Positions 26,395-41,172 of a stretch of DNA of 64,000 nucleotides are shown here, in pieces. The position numbers and the translations under genes were made by a program. The first letter of the stretch is position 1. Each line of letters begins with the position of its first letter. Location of the stretch: contig NC_135827.1 of the NCBI RefSeq assembly GCF_964213995.1, positions 8,804,001 to 8,868,000 of the forward strand, written 5' to 3'. The notes below the pieces were generated by a model. That model was not told the DNA's origin and did not search any database. It saw nothing but the letters and a program-made list of their open reading frames with translations. Origin of the DNA: Mustelus asterias (taxonomy: Eukaryota).

Positions 26395-27920
26395 ACTATC
26401 CCTCTGTTCACCTCCCATTCATGTGTCTATCAAGATACGCCTTGAATGTTGCTAATGTGCCTGCTTCCAACATCTCTACTGGCAGTGACATTGTACTGGA
26501 AATTGGTGTTGACGTTGCTGTGTGGTGGCAAGTGTAAGGTTTGATTCCCACAGGGGAAGGAACAAGTAGCACGTGCATCACCCTCGGACCAGTTTTTGCA
26601 CCCGTCGTGGTGGACAGTTTCTGGTTCCCAGACGACAACCTGGCAAAGAGTTGTTCATCGCCCTTTTCAGCCACAGAAGACAGAGAGGTGCCAAGGAGAA
26701 AACTCTTGCCAACAAGAAAAAAAAGTCCTGAATTAATTGAGGCAAGCTCATCAAACATTTCATGCATGCAAACAAATTCAGGATAAACACTTGGGATGAA
26801 TCCAACAAACTCAATTTGCACATCAACGGGCACAAATATTTCAGGTGTCAGACATCGTAAAATGTGATCTAATTGAAATAGGTTGAAATAAGTGTCAGTT
26901 TCCAGCCTAGTCGTTTGAAATAAGCTCATGAATAGGATATATTTTGAAATGAAGGACCTTGACACAGAGTGCAACCAAAGAAGTTTAAATCAAATTTCTT
27001 CTGAACAGATTCTCTTTATTGATGCCAAGAGGTCATGGTCGATCGCAAACACTGTTAGCAGTTGCCTGTCTTAAGAGTGGGTCAAGCTAATTGAGAAAGA
27101 TTGCAGTTCAAGGATGACTAAAATTATTTCTCTTTGCCAGAGTTCACTAAATCTCATTGATGCTGGATTTACAAAGCACTAACATGACAGAGCAGTCAAA
27201 CTAATGTTAGCTCTTACATTACATCCAAAGAGATATCTTGAAAACATCACATTAAGTACTTCTTAATGTGCAGGATGATTCTTGATGCTGACCGTTCCAT
27301 TAATTAAATATCAGTATTGGAGAGAAGGAAGTTCTGATCTGACAAGTTTACGACAAATGCAGGGTGATTTGCAACCAAAATGTTTGCTCCATTAGAAGCT
27401 GCGGTCTCCACTGCCCTTGGAAAAAGAAATTATGCAATGCATTTCATAAATATCATGCATATTCTGACATTTAAATAGCAAGCATTATTATGGGATCCCT
27501 CCCAACAAAGTGAAGCTTTAAATTAGCTTAATTTTGTTTTTATTCTACCTTGCTTTCTTTGGTATGTTTTAGACAATAAAAGTTAATGACATAATAAAAC
27601 TGATTTAAAGCAATTGCAGTCCAGGGCTGGAGGAAACCTTAATCAGTCTGAACATGTGGGTTGGTAAAGCAAACTCGATGAAAAATGCAAGGGATTATTC
27701 CGCTTAGACTCAGTTATGTAGTGTGTAATTATGAACTGGGCAGAAACATTGCAAAGTTTGATAAATAACCAGAATTTAACTGGAGATATTGAAATCAGTT
27801 GTCTCCATGGACAGAAATTGAGGATATGAGCTGCAACTTTAGTGATGGTAAAGAACACTAATAGAAGCACATTAATGTATACTGATGGTCATGCTTTACG
27901 GAAGCTGATGACTTGCTATC

Positions 27921-28605
27921 GTTAAGAAAGCACACCAATGCCTCTACTTTCTCAGATGGCTAAGGAAATTTGGCATGCCTCCGACTCTCAACAATTTTTA
28001 CAGATACACCATAGAGAGCATCCTTTCTGGATGTATTACAGCTTGGTATGGCTCCTGCTCTGACCACAAAACTACAAAGGATTGTGAATGTAGCCCAGTC
28101 CATCACACAAACCAGCTTCCTATCCATTGACTCTGTCTACAATTCCCGTTGCCTCAGAAAAGCAGCCAGCATAATCAAGGACCCTGGACATACTCTCTCC
28201 CACCTTCTTCCGTCGGGAAAAAGACACAAAAATCTGAGACCGCATACCAACCGACTCAATAACAGCTCTTCCCTGCTTGTAAATGGAACTAACATATATT
28301 AAGCTGATCTTTCTCTCCACCCTGGGCGTGATTTTTCGGCCGCGCTCACCCCGAAATTGGAAAATCTCACCTGAGGTCAATAGACCTTTCCATGGTTCGC
28401 CCCTCGCCTGTTCCGATTTCCATGGCAGGCAGAAGGGGAAAATTTGTCTCCCTATCTGTGGCTGTCATACTATATTCTGCACCCTCTCCTTTCCTTCTCC
28501 CCTATGTACTCTCTGAACCGTATGCTTTGTCTGTAAAGCACGCAAGAAACAATACTTCGTACTCTATACCTATACCTGTGACGATAATAAATCAAATATA
28601 ATCAA
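27921..28605 (+). mobile_element. Rex1/Babar-type LINE 3' fragment (MITE nested)
   Basis: Same family as 36455-37325; (AATCA)n-type tail. Confidence 0.85.
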
Positions 28606-30451
28606 AAAATGATTTATCAATTCCAAAGGCATTCTTGCAATACTTACAGGCTGTTTTTTGTTTGAAAGAATTGCACAAAAGTTTGGAATTTGCACCAAGT
28701 TAAGTCCCAGAAGCCATGCAGTGAGTTTTATGTTATACGTGTGATAGCTTGCTGCGAACTTACTCTAATGCATTGATTGTGCCCACAGGCTGGTATCAAC
28801 AGGGTCGCACAATCTGCATGACAGCAATAATAGTCAGTTAGTTGCTTTCTTGCTGTAGTTTTAACAGCAGATTAGCACCTTGTCAAAGTACCACGAGCAT
28901 TTTCAGTTTGCAGGTATTTCCCCAATCACCGAATGTCACAGAAAAGGCCTGGCACCAAACAAATTATATTTCTCCAATATGAAAAGGCCTCTTCCAATTA
29001 GGTGAAGAAAATTGGGGAATTATATAATTGAGAATATAAATTACATATGACTTTTCCACCAGTAGGCACTCTGCAAACCAGGAAAGGTATTGCACCTCAA
29101 TCTGCAAAATTATTGTCAGCATTTCATATAAAGCATCAACTGTTATCTAATCTTTGTTGTCTCTGAAACTGTCAACAATTGAGAGCTCCTGGAACATGAG
29201 GCCTCCGAGAACAAGGGGGCAGCATGGTGACACGGTGGTTAGCGCTGCTGATCCCCGGCTTGGGTCACTGTCTGTGTGGAGTTTGCATGTTCTCCTCCTG
29301 TCTGCGTGGGTTTCCTCCCACAGTCCAAAGATGTGCGGGTTAGGTGGATTGGCCATGCTAAATTGCCCCTTAGTGTCAGGGGAACCAGCTTGGGTAAATG
29401 CACGGGGTTATGGGGATAGGGCCTGGGTGGGATTGCAGTCAGTGCAGACTTGATGGGCCGAATGGCCTCTTTCTGCACTGTAGGGATTCTATGATTCTAT
29501 GAACATTTCTCCCTTCATTCCAGGGATTTGAGGGCCAGCATTTATTGTCCACCCCCAATTGTCCTTGAAAAAATAGTGGTGAGCTGCCTTCTTGAACCCT
29601 GCACTGTGTGTCAGTGGTGGAGGGGGTTTATTATTATTCGTTCATGGGCATCGCTGGAAGGGCCAGCATTTCTTGCCCATCCTTAAGTTCCCTAAACTGA
29701 GTGGCTTGCTGAGCCATTTCAGAGGGAATTTAAGAGTCAAACATATTGCTGTGGGTCTGGAGTCACATATAGACCTGATCAGGTAAGAATGGCAGATTTC
29801 CTTCCCTAAGGGGCATTAGTGAATCAGGTAGGTTTTTACAACAATCGACAATGGTTTCTTGGTCATCATCAGACGTGTAATTCCAGATTTTGACTGAATT
29901 CAAATTTCACCATCTGCCATGGTGGGATTTGAACCCAGGTCCCACAGCATTAGCCTGTGTCTCTGAATTACTATTTCAATACCACTACGCCACCGCCTCC
30001 CGAATGTTTAAGGAGGTGAATGGGTGCCAATTAAGTGGGCTGTTTCGTCCAGCTTCCTGTGTATTGTTGGAGCCGCACTCATCCAAGCATGTGCGTTCCA
30101 TCACACCCCTGACTTGTACCTTGCAGATGTAGATGGTGGACAGGCTTTGGAGAGTCAGGAGGTGAGTTCCTCACTAAAGAATTCCCAGCCTCTGACCTGC
30201 TCAGTATGCTGACTGTGAAGAAGTTCATAAGAGTTGTGACTTCTGTACTTACCCAAGACAATGAGGGTGAGAAATTAATTTATGCTCGCGTGCCAGCATG
30301 ATCTGGGCCCAGGACATGACCGTGCCCAATGATGAGCCTTGGGTTCACTTACATGAGAATTGACGATGTCTGCTGGACATCACCAAGTAGTTTGCTGACA
30401 AAATGGATCTGAATTTCAGGCTGCTATATCACTGGCATAGGCTCTGACCTC

Positions 30452-30795
30452 CATAGGACATCGGAGCAGAATTAGGCCATTCAGCCCATCAAGTCTGCTC
30501 CGCCATTCAATCATGGCTGATATGTTTCTTAACCCCATTCTCCCATCTTTTCCCTATAACCTTTGATCCCCTTACCAATCAAGAACCTATCTATCTCTGC
30601 CTTAAATACACTTAATGACCTGGCCTCCACAGCCTTCTGTGGCAATGAATTCCATAGATTCACCACTCTCTGGCTGAAGAAATTCCTCCTCATCTCTGTT
30701 CTTCCCTTTACTCTGAGACTGTGCCCTAGATCCTAGTCTCTCCTACTAATGGAAACATCTTCTCCACGTCCACTCTATCCAGGCCTTTCAGTATT
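30452..30795 (-). mobile_element. CR1 3' fragment
   Basis: cataggacatcggagcagaattaggccattcagcc is the reverse complement of a CR1 tail. Confidence 0.85.
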
Positions 30796-31816
30796 CTCGG
30801 TCCTGGGAAAGTGAGAGCACTATGATTGCTAAGAGGCTGGTAACGATAGTCTGCACAAACGCTCGGGCTGGCTTCATGTGAGTAGTTTTTGTATTTTATT
30901 TACCTTTTTTTCTTCATGTCGGCCTACAGTTATGTCTGGCCACATGTAAACTTGAAGTTACTTGATCCTGCATGACAGTATTCAGAGCAAATCACTTTCA
31001 GTCTCATGACTCTCATTGACTGGAATGCAAGTCTGAATGTTATGGGTTGCTCAGAAGGCCATTTGGTATATTCACAGACCAAGTTGAGAGATAGAGCAGT
31101 ATAACGTAGGACGAGGGAAACAGCACAAAGGTCTCCTGTACTACGGCAAGGGAAGAAAGAAGATCAAATTAGCGAGTCACCATAGGCCGCAGTGACATCA
31201 GAAGAGCCCTTTGCAGCAGACCACTTGTGCTCCATCGTTACAAGAGCAAAGAATATGATGTGACTTCAAGAGACAAGCGGAAAAAAAAAGCAACAATTGG
31301 GTGCATCAGCTCGAAACATTGTCAGCACCTAATGGCACAGAAATACCTAATAATAAGCCAGCGCAGTAACCTTGGAAGGCACCAGCTTCAAGAGTGCAGA
31401 GACTCCTGGATATTAGAGAGTTATATTCTGTAATTAATGCCGGAAGGGGTTAGCCATGTCAGGAGTGGTATAACACAAATTAATTCAAAAATGTGCAATT
31501 ATAAATGAGAATAGTTCAAAGGAGCAAGTGAAGGGAAATGCTGGAATCTTAAGTTTATATTTCAAAAGCCTAAGATTTATGAGGCCATGGTCTGGTTGTA
31601 CAAAGTCTAACTCGATTAAATATACATTTTAAATGGACAAGAACAAATACGCTAAAATGTGCTACCAAGCAGAATAACACACAAAAAAACAAGAACAAGA
31701 TTACAAACTGAATTTGAAATGTCCTCAGTCCATGAAGCACACGGGAATCTTGTGGTCAGTTGCAGATATCATGCTGAGTTTTTAATTCAGTCATGGGACA
31801 TGGGCATTGTTGGCTG

Positions 31817-31938
31817 TCATGATGTGGAGATGCCGGCGTTGGACTGGGGAAGAAGGGGCTCAGAGCCTCGAAAGCTTGTGTGGCTTTTGCTACCAAATAA
31901 ACCTGTTGGACTTTAACCTGGTGTTGTTAAACTTCTTA
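31817..31938. mobile_element. Neptune pLTR mini-insertion (inverted tail + truncated hammerhead) inside a SINE
   Basis: TSD CATTGTTGGCTG at 31805-31816 and 31939-31950. 31817-31849 is the reverse complement of the pLTR tail. Confidence 0.85.
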
Positions 31939-32707
31939 CATTGTTGGCTGGCCAGCATTTATTGCCCATCCCTAATTGCCCTTGTTCAGGGAGTAGTTGA
32001 GAGTCAACCATATTGTTGTGGGTCTGGAGTCACATGTAGGCCAGACCAGGTAATGACGGTAGATTTCCTTCCCGAAAGGACATTAGTGAACCAGGTGGGT
32101 TTTTCTGACAATCGACAATGGTTCCATGGTCATCAGTAGATTCTTAATTCCAGATATTTTTTATTGAACTGGATAGCAAAGGACAGAAGGCTGGAATACT
32201 CCTCAGTTTTGGGGAGAAACTTTGGTTGGCTTGTTTGCGCCATTGGGTGGACTTTCTTGCCCACTGTGCCCTCTTTGGGCAATGAAATCTCCGGTTCTGA
32301 AGGTCCCTGGGCTGTCACAGGGAGGCCGCCTCCATTAAGCTGGCAGCCTCTGTATGTGACACGGGAATGTTCCACCACCTGCGAAATGCCAGCAAATCAG
32401 TGAATTTGTTTCCAATTGCATTGTTAATTATGTAAATCAGCTGCCACTTTAACAGTAGCTGACCTACATCCCTGTCCGTCCTAGGAAATCTTGCCAGCAA
32501 CGGGAATGTCCAACTTGCGGTTCTCCAGTTCTGAAGCAGCATCATATTCGGTTCGAAATGATAACTCTGTTTCTCACTCCACAGATGCGACCAGACCTGC
32601 TGAGTTTTTCCAGCATCTTCTTTTGGATTTAGCTGATACTTCTATTTTCTTTAAAAAAAAACAATTTTTAGCCCATCCAGTATCTCAACAAACTCTTTTC
32701 ACACTAT

Positions 32708-32843
32708 GACCGGAATCTTCCAGCCATTCACGCCCTGCTGCCGCTACCGGAGAGAATGGAGAATTTGGGTCTTAGCCAAATCTCCATTCACTGCGGGAGG
32801 ACTGGAGAACCCCAGCTGTAGGCGAGGTTGGAGAATTCGGGTC
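32708..32843. mobile_element. Small MITE (family also at about 37841-37977 and 63064-63199)
   Basis: TIR GACCGGAATCTTCC / GGAGAATTCGGGTC, TSD TAT. Internal hairpin gagaatttgg..ccaaatctcc. Confidence 0.7.
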
Positions 32844-33556
32844 TATGATTTTGGCAGCATTTCCTTTGCACAAACTAATCCAAAATGCTCATTTTGTACC
32901 TCAACCATGACTTCTGCCTCGATGCAGAGCTCCCTTTTTGGCTCTGAATTTGCCCCTCATGTTAAGATGTTTTCAATATTTATACACTCTGATTTGCTTG
33001 ATTTTAGACATGGTTTTGTTCTGGGGAAGACAGCTCAGGGACAAAGGAAATTTCTCACTGAACTTATTTGTAAGCTAAATAACTCTGTTTTTTTTAATTT
33101 TCCACAGTCGAATTGAATAATGCTAAAACAGATGCCAAAAGTTAATGAAAAAATTAACAATTTCCTTAAACTACCATTGCGATAGCAGTATACACATGTC
33201 ACAAGGCTTCAAATCAAACATCTGTAGAAAACTTGCCCTACTCTAATTTCTAGTCGTCGTGTCCCAAGTAAACAATATCTTTAGGAATGTGAATGAAGTG
33301 ACTGGGAATAGTAAGCCGAGAATAGCATCAGCATATTTTATGGATGACCACCTAATGAGTTCATCTCCCCTGCTTGGTGCTTTATTAGAGTCATAACAAA
33401 TCTGTTTTAAATGACTCAATACTTGCACAAAAATAAAAAGATAATTTAAGACAAATGCATTTCATGTTTATCCTCGAATATCACCAAGGCTAATTTCTGT
33501 GCCTCAGAAACGCCAAAGAGATTACTCATCAATTCACCCAGCAAGCGAACAGTACA

Positions 33557-33925
33557 GCTTCCATCCATTGACTCTGTCTACACTTCCCGCTGCCTCGGCA
33601 AAGCAGCCAGCATAATTAAGGACCCCACGCACCCCAGACATTCTCTCTTCCACCTTCTTCCATTGGGAAGAAGATACAGAAGTCTGAGATCACGCACCAA
33701 CAGACTCAAGAACAGCTTCTTCCCTGCTGCTGTCAGACTTTTGAATGGACCTACCTTGCATTAAGTTGATCTTTCTCTACACCCTAGCTATGACTGTAAC
33801 ACTACATTCTGCACTCTCTCATTTCCTTCTCTATGAACGGTATGCTTTGTCTGTATAGCGCAAGAAACAATACTTTACGTTGTGCATTAATACATGTGAC
33901 AATAATAAATCAAATCAGATCAAAC
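33557..33925 (+). mobile_element. Rex1/Babar-type LINE 3' fragment
   Basis: Homologous to 28115-28605; tail tgtgacaataataaatcaaatc. Confidence 0.85.
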
Positions 33926-36454
33926 CAGAGAAACCCAAATGATCTTTAATTGAAGGATAATAGGCATGACAGACAATTTACAATCGAGTCCATGTGGCAT
34001 CCCCCAATATTACTGCTTCATCATCTTGACTTGTTCCAAGTTTTGAGTGATTGTTGCTCATCATGATGGGGAGGTGATGGCCTGGTGGTATTATCACAAG
34101 ATTATTAATCCGGAAACTCAGCTAATGCTCTGGGGACCTGGGTTCGAATCCTGCATCGGTAGATGGTAGAATTTGAATTCAATAAAAAATATTTGGAATT
34201 AAGAATCTACCTGATGACCATGAAACCATTGTCGACTGTCAGAAAAACTCATCTGGTTCATGAATGTCCTTTTGGGAAGGAAATCTTGCCTGGTCTGGCT
34301 TACATGTGACTCCAGAGCCACAGCAATCTTGTTGATTCTCAGCTACCCACTGAAGTGGCCTTGGAAGCCACTCAGTTCAAGGGTAACTAGGAATGGGCAA
34401 TAAATGCTGGCCCAGTCAACAACACCCATGTAACACGGATGAATATAAAAAAAAAGAAAGCTCTTGCCCTCTGATTTCTGCTGGCAGCATCATAGAACCC
34501 TTATAGTGCAGAAGGAGGCCATTTGGCCCATCGGGTCTTCACCGACTCTCCTACAGAGCATCTTACCCAGGCTCTATCCCCATAGCCCCATGTATGTACC
34601 CCACTAATCCCCGTAACCTACACATCTATGAACACGAAGTGGCAATTTAGCATGGCCAATCCACTGAAACTGCACAGCTTTGGACTGTGGGAGGAAACCG
34701 GAGCAAACCCATGCAGACAATGGGAGAACGTGCTGGAATCGAACAGGTTCCCTTGTTCTGCAAGGCAGCAGTGCTCACCTCTGTGCCTTCGTGTCATATC
34801 GGGAGCTGCCCAAATTATTAAATAGGAAGACACACTCGTATTCTTTCATGATATGTGGGCGTCGCTAGTTAGGTCAGAATCAATTGCCCATTTTTATTTG
34901 CTGGAGAAGATGGCGGGTGGCCTTCGAAATATCACTGCGCTGGTCTCACAGCCGGAAAGTGCAAGGTCGGGACCCCCATTTGGTCTTGATGTCAGGGTCC
35001 CGAAATGCACGGGAAAATCCTCCTCGATGATGCTGTGTATAAAGCAAGTGACGGCACTGCCTCTTGAAGGCCAGTGTTTATTAATCACTCTATCTCCACT
35101 TGAATGTAAATTATTCTACTTGTAAAAATGTACCTATCAATCAGTTAGTTGAATAAAGAAAATGCCATGAGGCATGTGTTGTTTACCCTGCAGTTAAAAT
35201 GGTATAATGAAAGAAATAATTGGACAGGTATGTTGGAATACTATCAGGTCTGGTCAACCAATAAGCCCTTCAAACTTGAAAACTGCAACATAGTGAACTT
35301 TCCACTCAGCCCATTAATTGTGCTCTTAAGTATATATGCAATTATTCTTGCTAATAGTTATCATTGTATCCTTCATTGCCATGATTGCTGGTAAATGCTT
35401 CTGAACTCTATTATCTTGAAGAATAACAAGCTCGTAAGCCAGAAAACATATTCTGCAACTGTAGATTAGATGATAGATGCAATCACGTTCTCTGCCTCAC
35501 GGTTACTGTGGGCTGGATAAAATTCTAATAGGAGTGTTTTTTGGCCAACACTGCACCCGCAGATAATGATCTTTCTGTTTGTGTACAGATGATATGGCGC
35601 TCTTTATGTTTGTACTGTTGGTTTAAATAATCAATCACAGTTGAAATTGCTTAAAAAGGATGGGCAAACAAAAATACAATGAACAACTGCAGCTTCCCTA
35701 CAGAGAGTCACTTAGCGATATCTGTCCTCACTGGGTGATCTGAGCCAATTCGTACTTGTTTGCGAAAAGGAACAATTTGACACAGTACTGATTTCCTGTC
35801 TCTCAGGTGTCTCTCATGAGGAGATGAAGGCCAAGAAAATCTGTTGCACAATCACGCAAGAGTGCATCCTTCTAACAGCAATGCTGCACATTGATCACAA
35901 TACTCTTTCCACTTTCAAAACGGAACTCAAAAGTATCTGCCCCTCTCAGGCTACATTTACTTTCATTATTTATTCATAGGAAGTGGGCTTCACTGGCAAA
36001 ACCGGTTTGTATTGCCAATCCCCTATTACCCTCGAGAACGGGCCTCGTTCTTGAACTGCTGCGGTCAGTGTCGAGTGGGTACACCCACGGCACGGGGTTT
36101 CAGGATACTGACCCAGTAATAAGGAAGGAATGGCAATATATTTCTAAATCAGAACCATGAATGACTTAGAGCGGAACTTGCAGCTGACAGTATTCCCAGT
36201 ATCGTGCCTGCAGCTCTGCTCTTCCAGGCAATTGTGGTAGTCTGGCCCCTTTAAGAAGGCGATCCCTGAGAGTCATGTGATCAGGCCTCACCCTATGGAG
36301 TAGCAGCGCAGGAAGCCAAGCCAATCGGGTGCAAGGGCGTGTGTCCAGGGTTGGGGAGGATCCTCATTTGGAGCAAGGGAGGAGAGTTATGTATTGAGTT
36401 TTGTCAGACTCTTGTTTGTAAATATTGTTAGTAATTATCCCTTTTGTAACTTTT

Positions 36455-37325
36455 CTGATTTCATTTATCATTGTCACATGTATTAGTATACAGTGAAAAG
36501 TATTGTTTTTTGCACGCCATACATACAAAGCATACTGTTCATAGAGTACATTGAGGAGAAGGAAAGGAAAGGATGCAGAATATATTGTCACAGTCATAGC
36601 TAGGGTGCAGAGAAAGATCAACTTAATATACGATGGGTCCATTCAAATATTTGATGGCAGCAGGGAAGAAGCTGTTTTCTAGTCAGTTGGTACGTGATCT
36701 CAGAGTTTTGTACCTTTTTCCTGCCCATGGTACAGTGGTTAGCACAACTGCCTCACAGCTCCAGGTTCGATTCCGGCTTCAGGTGACTGCCTGTGTGGAG
36801 TTTGCACGTTCTCCCCAAGTCTGCATGGGTTTCCTCCCACACTCAAAGATGTGCGGGTTAGGTTGATTATCCATGCTAAATTACCCCTCAGTATCAGGAG
36901 GACTAGCAGGGTAAATAAGTGGGGTTATAGGGCAGAGCCTGGATGGGATTGTTGTCAGTGCAGGCTCCATGGGCTGAATAGCCTCTTTCTGCACTGTAGG
37001 GATTCTATGATTCTATGGAAGAAGGTGCAAGACAATATGTCTGGGGTGTGTGGGGTCTTGATTATGCTGGCTGCTTTTCCGAGGCAGCGGGAAGTGTAGA
37101 CTGAATCAATGGATGGGAGGCTGGTTTGTGTGATGGACAGGGCTACATTCACAACCCTTTGTAGTTGCTTGCGATCTTGATCAGAGCATGATCCATACCA
37201 ACCTGTGATACATCTGGAAAGGATGCTTTCTATGGTGCATCTGTAAAAGTTGGCAAGAGTCATAGCGGACATGCCGAATTTCCTTAGCCTCCTGAGAAAG
37301 TAGAGGCGTTGGTGGGCTTTCATAA
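36455..37325 (-). mobile_element. Rex1/Babar-type LINE 3' fragment (HE1 nested at 36725-37016)
   Basis: KAHQRLYFLRRLRKFG..FYRCTIESIL..CITGWYG; tail tgtgacaatgataaa. Confidence 0.85.
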
Positions 37326-39059
37326 CAAGTCGCCTTCAAGGTATTACAGCAACATAGGTCAGAGACTTGGATGGTGCTGTCCAATGAGCCTTGGTGAGCA
37401 ACTGCAGTGCATCTTGTTGCTATGAAAAGCCAGTAATGGAAAAAGCTAAGTGGGTCGCTTTGCCCTCAATGGTGGCAAGCTTTGAGTTGCATGCTGTTGG
37501 AGTTGCATTCATCCAAGCAAGTAAAAAAAGTATTCCATCACACTCTGGACTTGTGCCTTGCGGATGGCGAAAATGCTTTGGCAAGTCAGGAGGTGAGTTG
37601 CTCACCACAGAATTCCTAGCCTCAGACCTACTCTTACAGATATAGTATTGTATGCCTGGTCCAGCTAAATTGCAATTCAACGGCGATCCCCATTGATGAT
37701 GGGGGTTTCAGTGATGGTAACGCCATGGCACAAGGGAAGTTAAAATGGATTATTATTTGTTGGAGATGGTGATTTCCTGGCACCTTTGTGACAAGAGAGT
37801 TACTTTACCAGCCATCAGCCCAACTCTGAAAGCATATCTGGGGGCACGACCTTACCTGCCGTTCACGCCACGTTCCTGCTGCAGAGAGGTCGGAGAATTT
37901 GGCAACCAGCCAAATCTGCGTTTACTGCAGCAGGATGGGAAAATCCCGCCGGTGTGAATGGTGGTACGATTCTGGCCCAGGTCTTTCTGAATGCAGGCAT
38001 GGATTATTTGATTACCAGAGGGGTCTTGAATGGAAATACGATGGAATATATTTTGTCGCTTGTATATAAATTTATTTTGTTCTTGTCTGGTTATATTTTA
38101 CTCAAAAATTTGCTCACATTCTTGACCTCTGAGCTGTGGAGAAGATGGAGGTCAGTTAATTCCAAACAAGGGGCTGAGGATGGAAGCATAATGAAGAAAC
38201 AAAAAAAACAAGATAATAGGACATGAATGCGTCTTCTTAAAAAGAGGACAAGCTATAACAATTCACCAGCACATAGCAAAATCTGCACTCTCTAACTGGT
38301 GGTCATTTGTGGATATCAGCTAGATTGTTACACTTAAACAAACATCTTCCCTCACAATACCATCACACCTTTTCTTTGTAATACTGCATTTGGATGTTAA
38401 ATGCCAAAAGGGTACATTCAAGTGAATTACAGCCTGGTTGGGAAGGAAGACCAGCCAAGTATATCATTAATCAGCATGACAGTCTGAATGGAGTAGACCA
38501 GCAGTGTCATCTGTCCCTTCAGCATAATTGTTGGGTATGTTATCCAAGGTGTAATACTGAGATGCGTTTTAAGTTTTCAAACTATCTCCAGAGTGGTCGA
38601 CGTTCTGCATTCCTAAACAGCAGTCACCAAAGTGGGATTCTGTAATCCACTTTAAAATGAGGCAAAACAACTGTAGAATAAAAATGTCAAAATTTGTCCA
38701 GTGTGTCAACAACAATCTTCGACTGTCACACTAAAATCACTTACAATGACAAGCAAATTCTCAATAATGATCCCAGAAAGAGAACACACACATGAACCAG
38801 AAATCCGATTTACATAATGAGAGGATCTTGCAGACAGACCAGCTGAATCAATGTGCCTTCATTTACAATTCAGTTACCATGTAACAATGAACTTTCTCAG
38901 ATCCAAACAACAGCTCCTTCCTTGCAGAATTACTGTCGCTATAGTTTCAATGTTCTAACTTATCTTACATTTAGAAATAAGACATAATGGCCTCGAGTTT
39001 CTCCGATCTTTATCTGCACAATGAACAAGACAGTACACGCTACTTGAATTTATATAGCA

Positions 39060-39420
39060 TCATAAATGCAGACAAACATCTGGAAGTGCTTCGCAAGAGC
39101 CTATTATCAAACAAAATATGAGACCAAGCTGCGTGAGGTGACATTCAAGCAGATGACAAAAGGTGGAAGGAGGTAGGATTGAAGGAGCTTCTGAAAGGGT
39201 AAAAAAGAAGTAGAGGGGTTCAGGGAGAGGATGCCAGAGATTAGGGCTTTGGCAGCTGAAAAATTGGCTGCCAATAGTGAAGTGGTTAAAAGCAGGATAT
39301 TCAAGAGGCCAGATTTGGTGCAGAGTAAACATCTCGGAGTGCTGTAGGGCTGGTGGGCATTACAGAAATATAAAGGGGTACTACATGGGGGATTTGAAAA
39401 CATTGTTGAGAATTGAAACA
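39060..39420 (-). mobile_element. Old L2-like LINE 3' fragment
   Basis: Minus strand AFNHFTIGSQFFSCQSPNLWHPLP resembles the L2 ORF2 end (G.R.FS...P.LWN.LP). Confidence 0.55.
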
Positions 39421-40729
39421 TCAAGTGTGGAGTTTGCACTTTCTCCTTGTATCCGCGTGGGTTCCCTCCGGGTGCTCCGGTTTCCTCCTACATTCCAGTT
39501 TAAGTGGATTGACCATGCTAAAGTGTCCCTTCGGTTAGATAGGCTGGCCGTGGGAATGATGTGGTGTTGCGGGGAAAGGGCGGGGGAGAGGGACTGGGGA
39601 AGATACTGTCAGACAATCGATGCAGACTTGATGGGCCGAGTGGCCTCTTCTGCACTGTAGGGATTCTATTCGAAGTCATTGTTTAAATGGTTAAATCAGC
39701 CAAAACAGTGCAAAATATCGTGGAAACTCAAGTGAACATTACGTCAAACATAGCGATCTTTCAACATTAGTTTATAAATCACTGCACCCAAAACTGAGCC
39801 ACATGAAAAACTGGACACGTGCACACATTGAAATACTGGGCATCGTGAGACTGTACATGCAAGGGAGCTATTCCAATTGATTTTCTCTTCTTAAGCACAC
39901 AGATATGTTTTAAAAGCTTTTACATGTTGAATGATATCTCGCTGACAAACTGACTAATGAAACTAGTAAATAGTTTAGTACAGCTGTTCTTAAATCAGTT
40001 TCAGTGATTTTAAATCAGGTTAGTCACTAATGCTGGACCTTACATTATTCTTTGAGATGAATCTACTTTCAGCTTGTGAATACAACTGCACCGGGTTATC
40101 TACACAGATATGATTTCTATAAATCAATGGAGGCATTTTTAAAATTTTATTTATTAAAGCGATATGTGGACTTCATTCATTCATACACAAGCAGGGTGAA
40201 GTGCAGGTGCGTCCAGTGCAAGAATCATAGAATCCCTTCAGTGCAGAAACAGGCCATTTGGTCTATTGTGCCTACGCCAACACTCTCTCATCCCACCCAG
40301 ACTCGATCCTCGCAACCCCACATATTTATCCCGCAAATCCCCCTAATCTATAGGATGCTTTTAGAACACTAAGGGGCAATTTAACATGGCCAATCCACGT
40401 AGCCTGGATATTCTTGGACTATGAAAAGAGTATGAAGCACCCGAGGTTTCAGCCTTTCCCTGACCCCCTCCTCCCCGCCCCCCCCCCCCCCCCCCCCCGC
40501 CAAATTAAGTCTCTAAAATGCATATTATGCATCAGCATGAATAAAAATTCTGCATTCATAATTACAGCTTTATTTTACATGAAAAAGAATATCATGATAC
40601 TGACTGGACATTCTCATTGTTCCCCACTTTTCACAGGATATGTATCAGTAGGAACACATACTATAATGTGCCAAACCTTCCATGGAGTGGCAATCGATAT
40701 CGGATTGCTACTTTTTATTGTCTTTTTTT

Positions 40730-41172
40730 ATTTTTCTTCCCTTTCACTCTTTCTCCCTACTTTATCCCCCCTTTTCTTACTTTTTCTCCCCCTTTGCTTC
40801 CCCTTTCCCCCTTTTTCTAAATTTTACCTCTCTCCCACCCATCCTCCCCCTCCCCCCACATCTTCATTTGTCACAGCTTACTCTCTAATTTCAGCTTCTC
40901 TGCCGTTTGGCCATTCACACCCTTTATTCTCTCTATGGACTGCCATTAGCAGCCTTTCCCCTGGTTTCTGTGGCTATGACTCATCTTTCATTCCCTCACC
41001 CTGCAGTATAAATATCTCCCACTTTCTATGCCTTTTAGCTTTTATAAAAGGGTCATCTGGACTCGAAACATCAGCTCCTTTCTCTCCTTACAGATGCTGC
41101 CAGACCTGCTAAGAGTTTCCAGCATTTTCCCTTTTGGTTTCAGATTCCAGCATCCGCAGTAATTTGCTTTTA
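40730..41172 (+). mobile_element. Second PLE-type family, 3' end/pLTR
   Basis: Homologous to 612-1040. TATAAATA followed by a decayed hammerhead at 41037-41078 (GACTC-GAAAC-ATC-AGCT). Confidence 0.7.

Noticed and set aside
26408-26974. 188-aa minus-strand ORF
   Set aside because: It runs into a CR1 fragment and has no recognisable domain or splice structure.
34894-35088. CETSAV resembling IgLON Ig3 CEASAV
   Set aside because: The flanking residues do not match Ig3 and there are no suitable splice sites.
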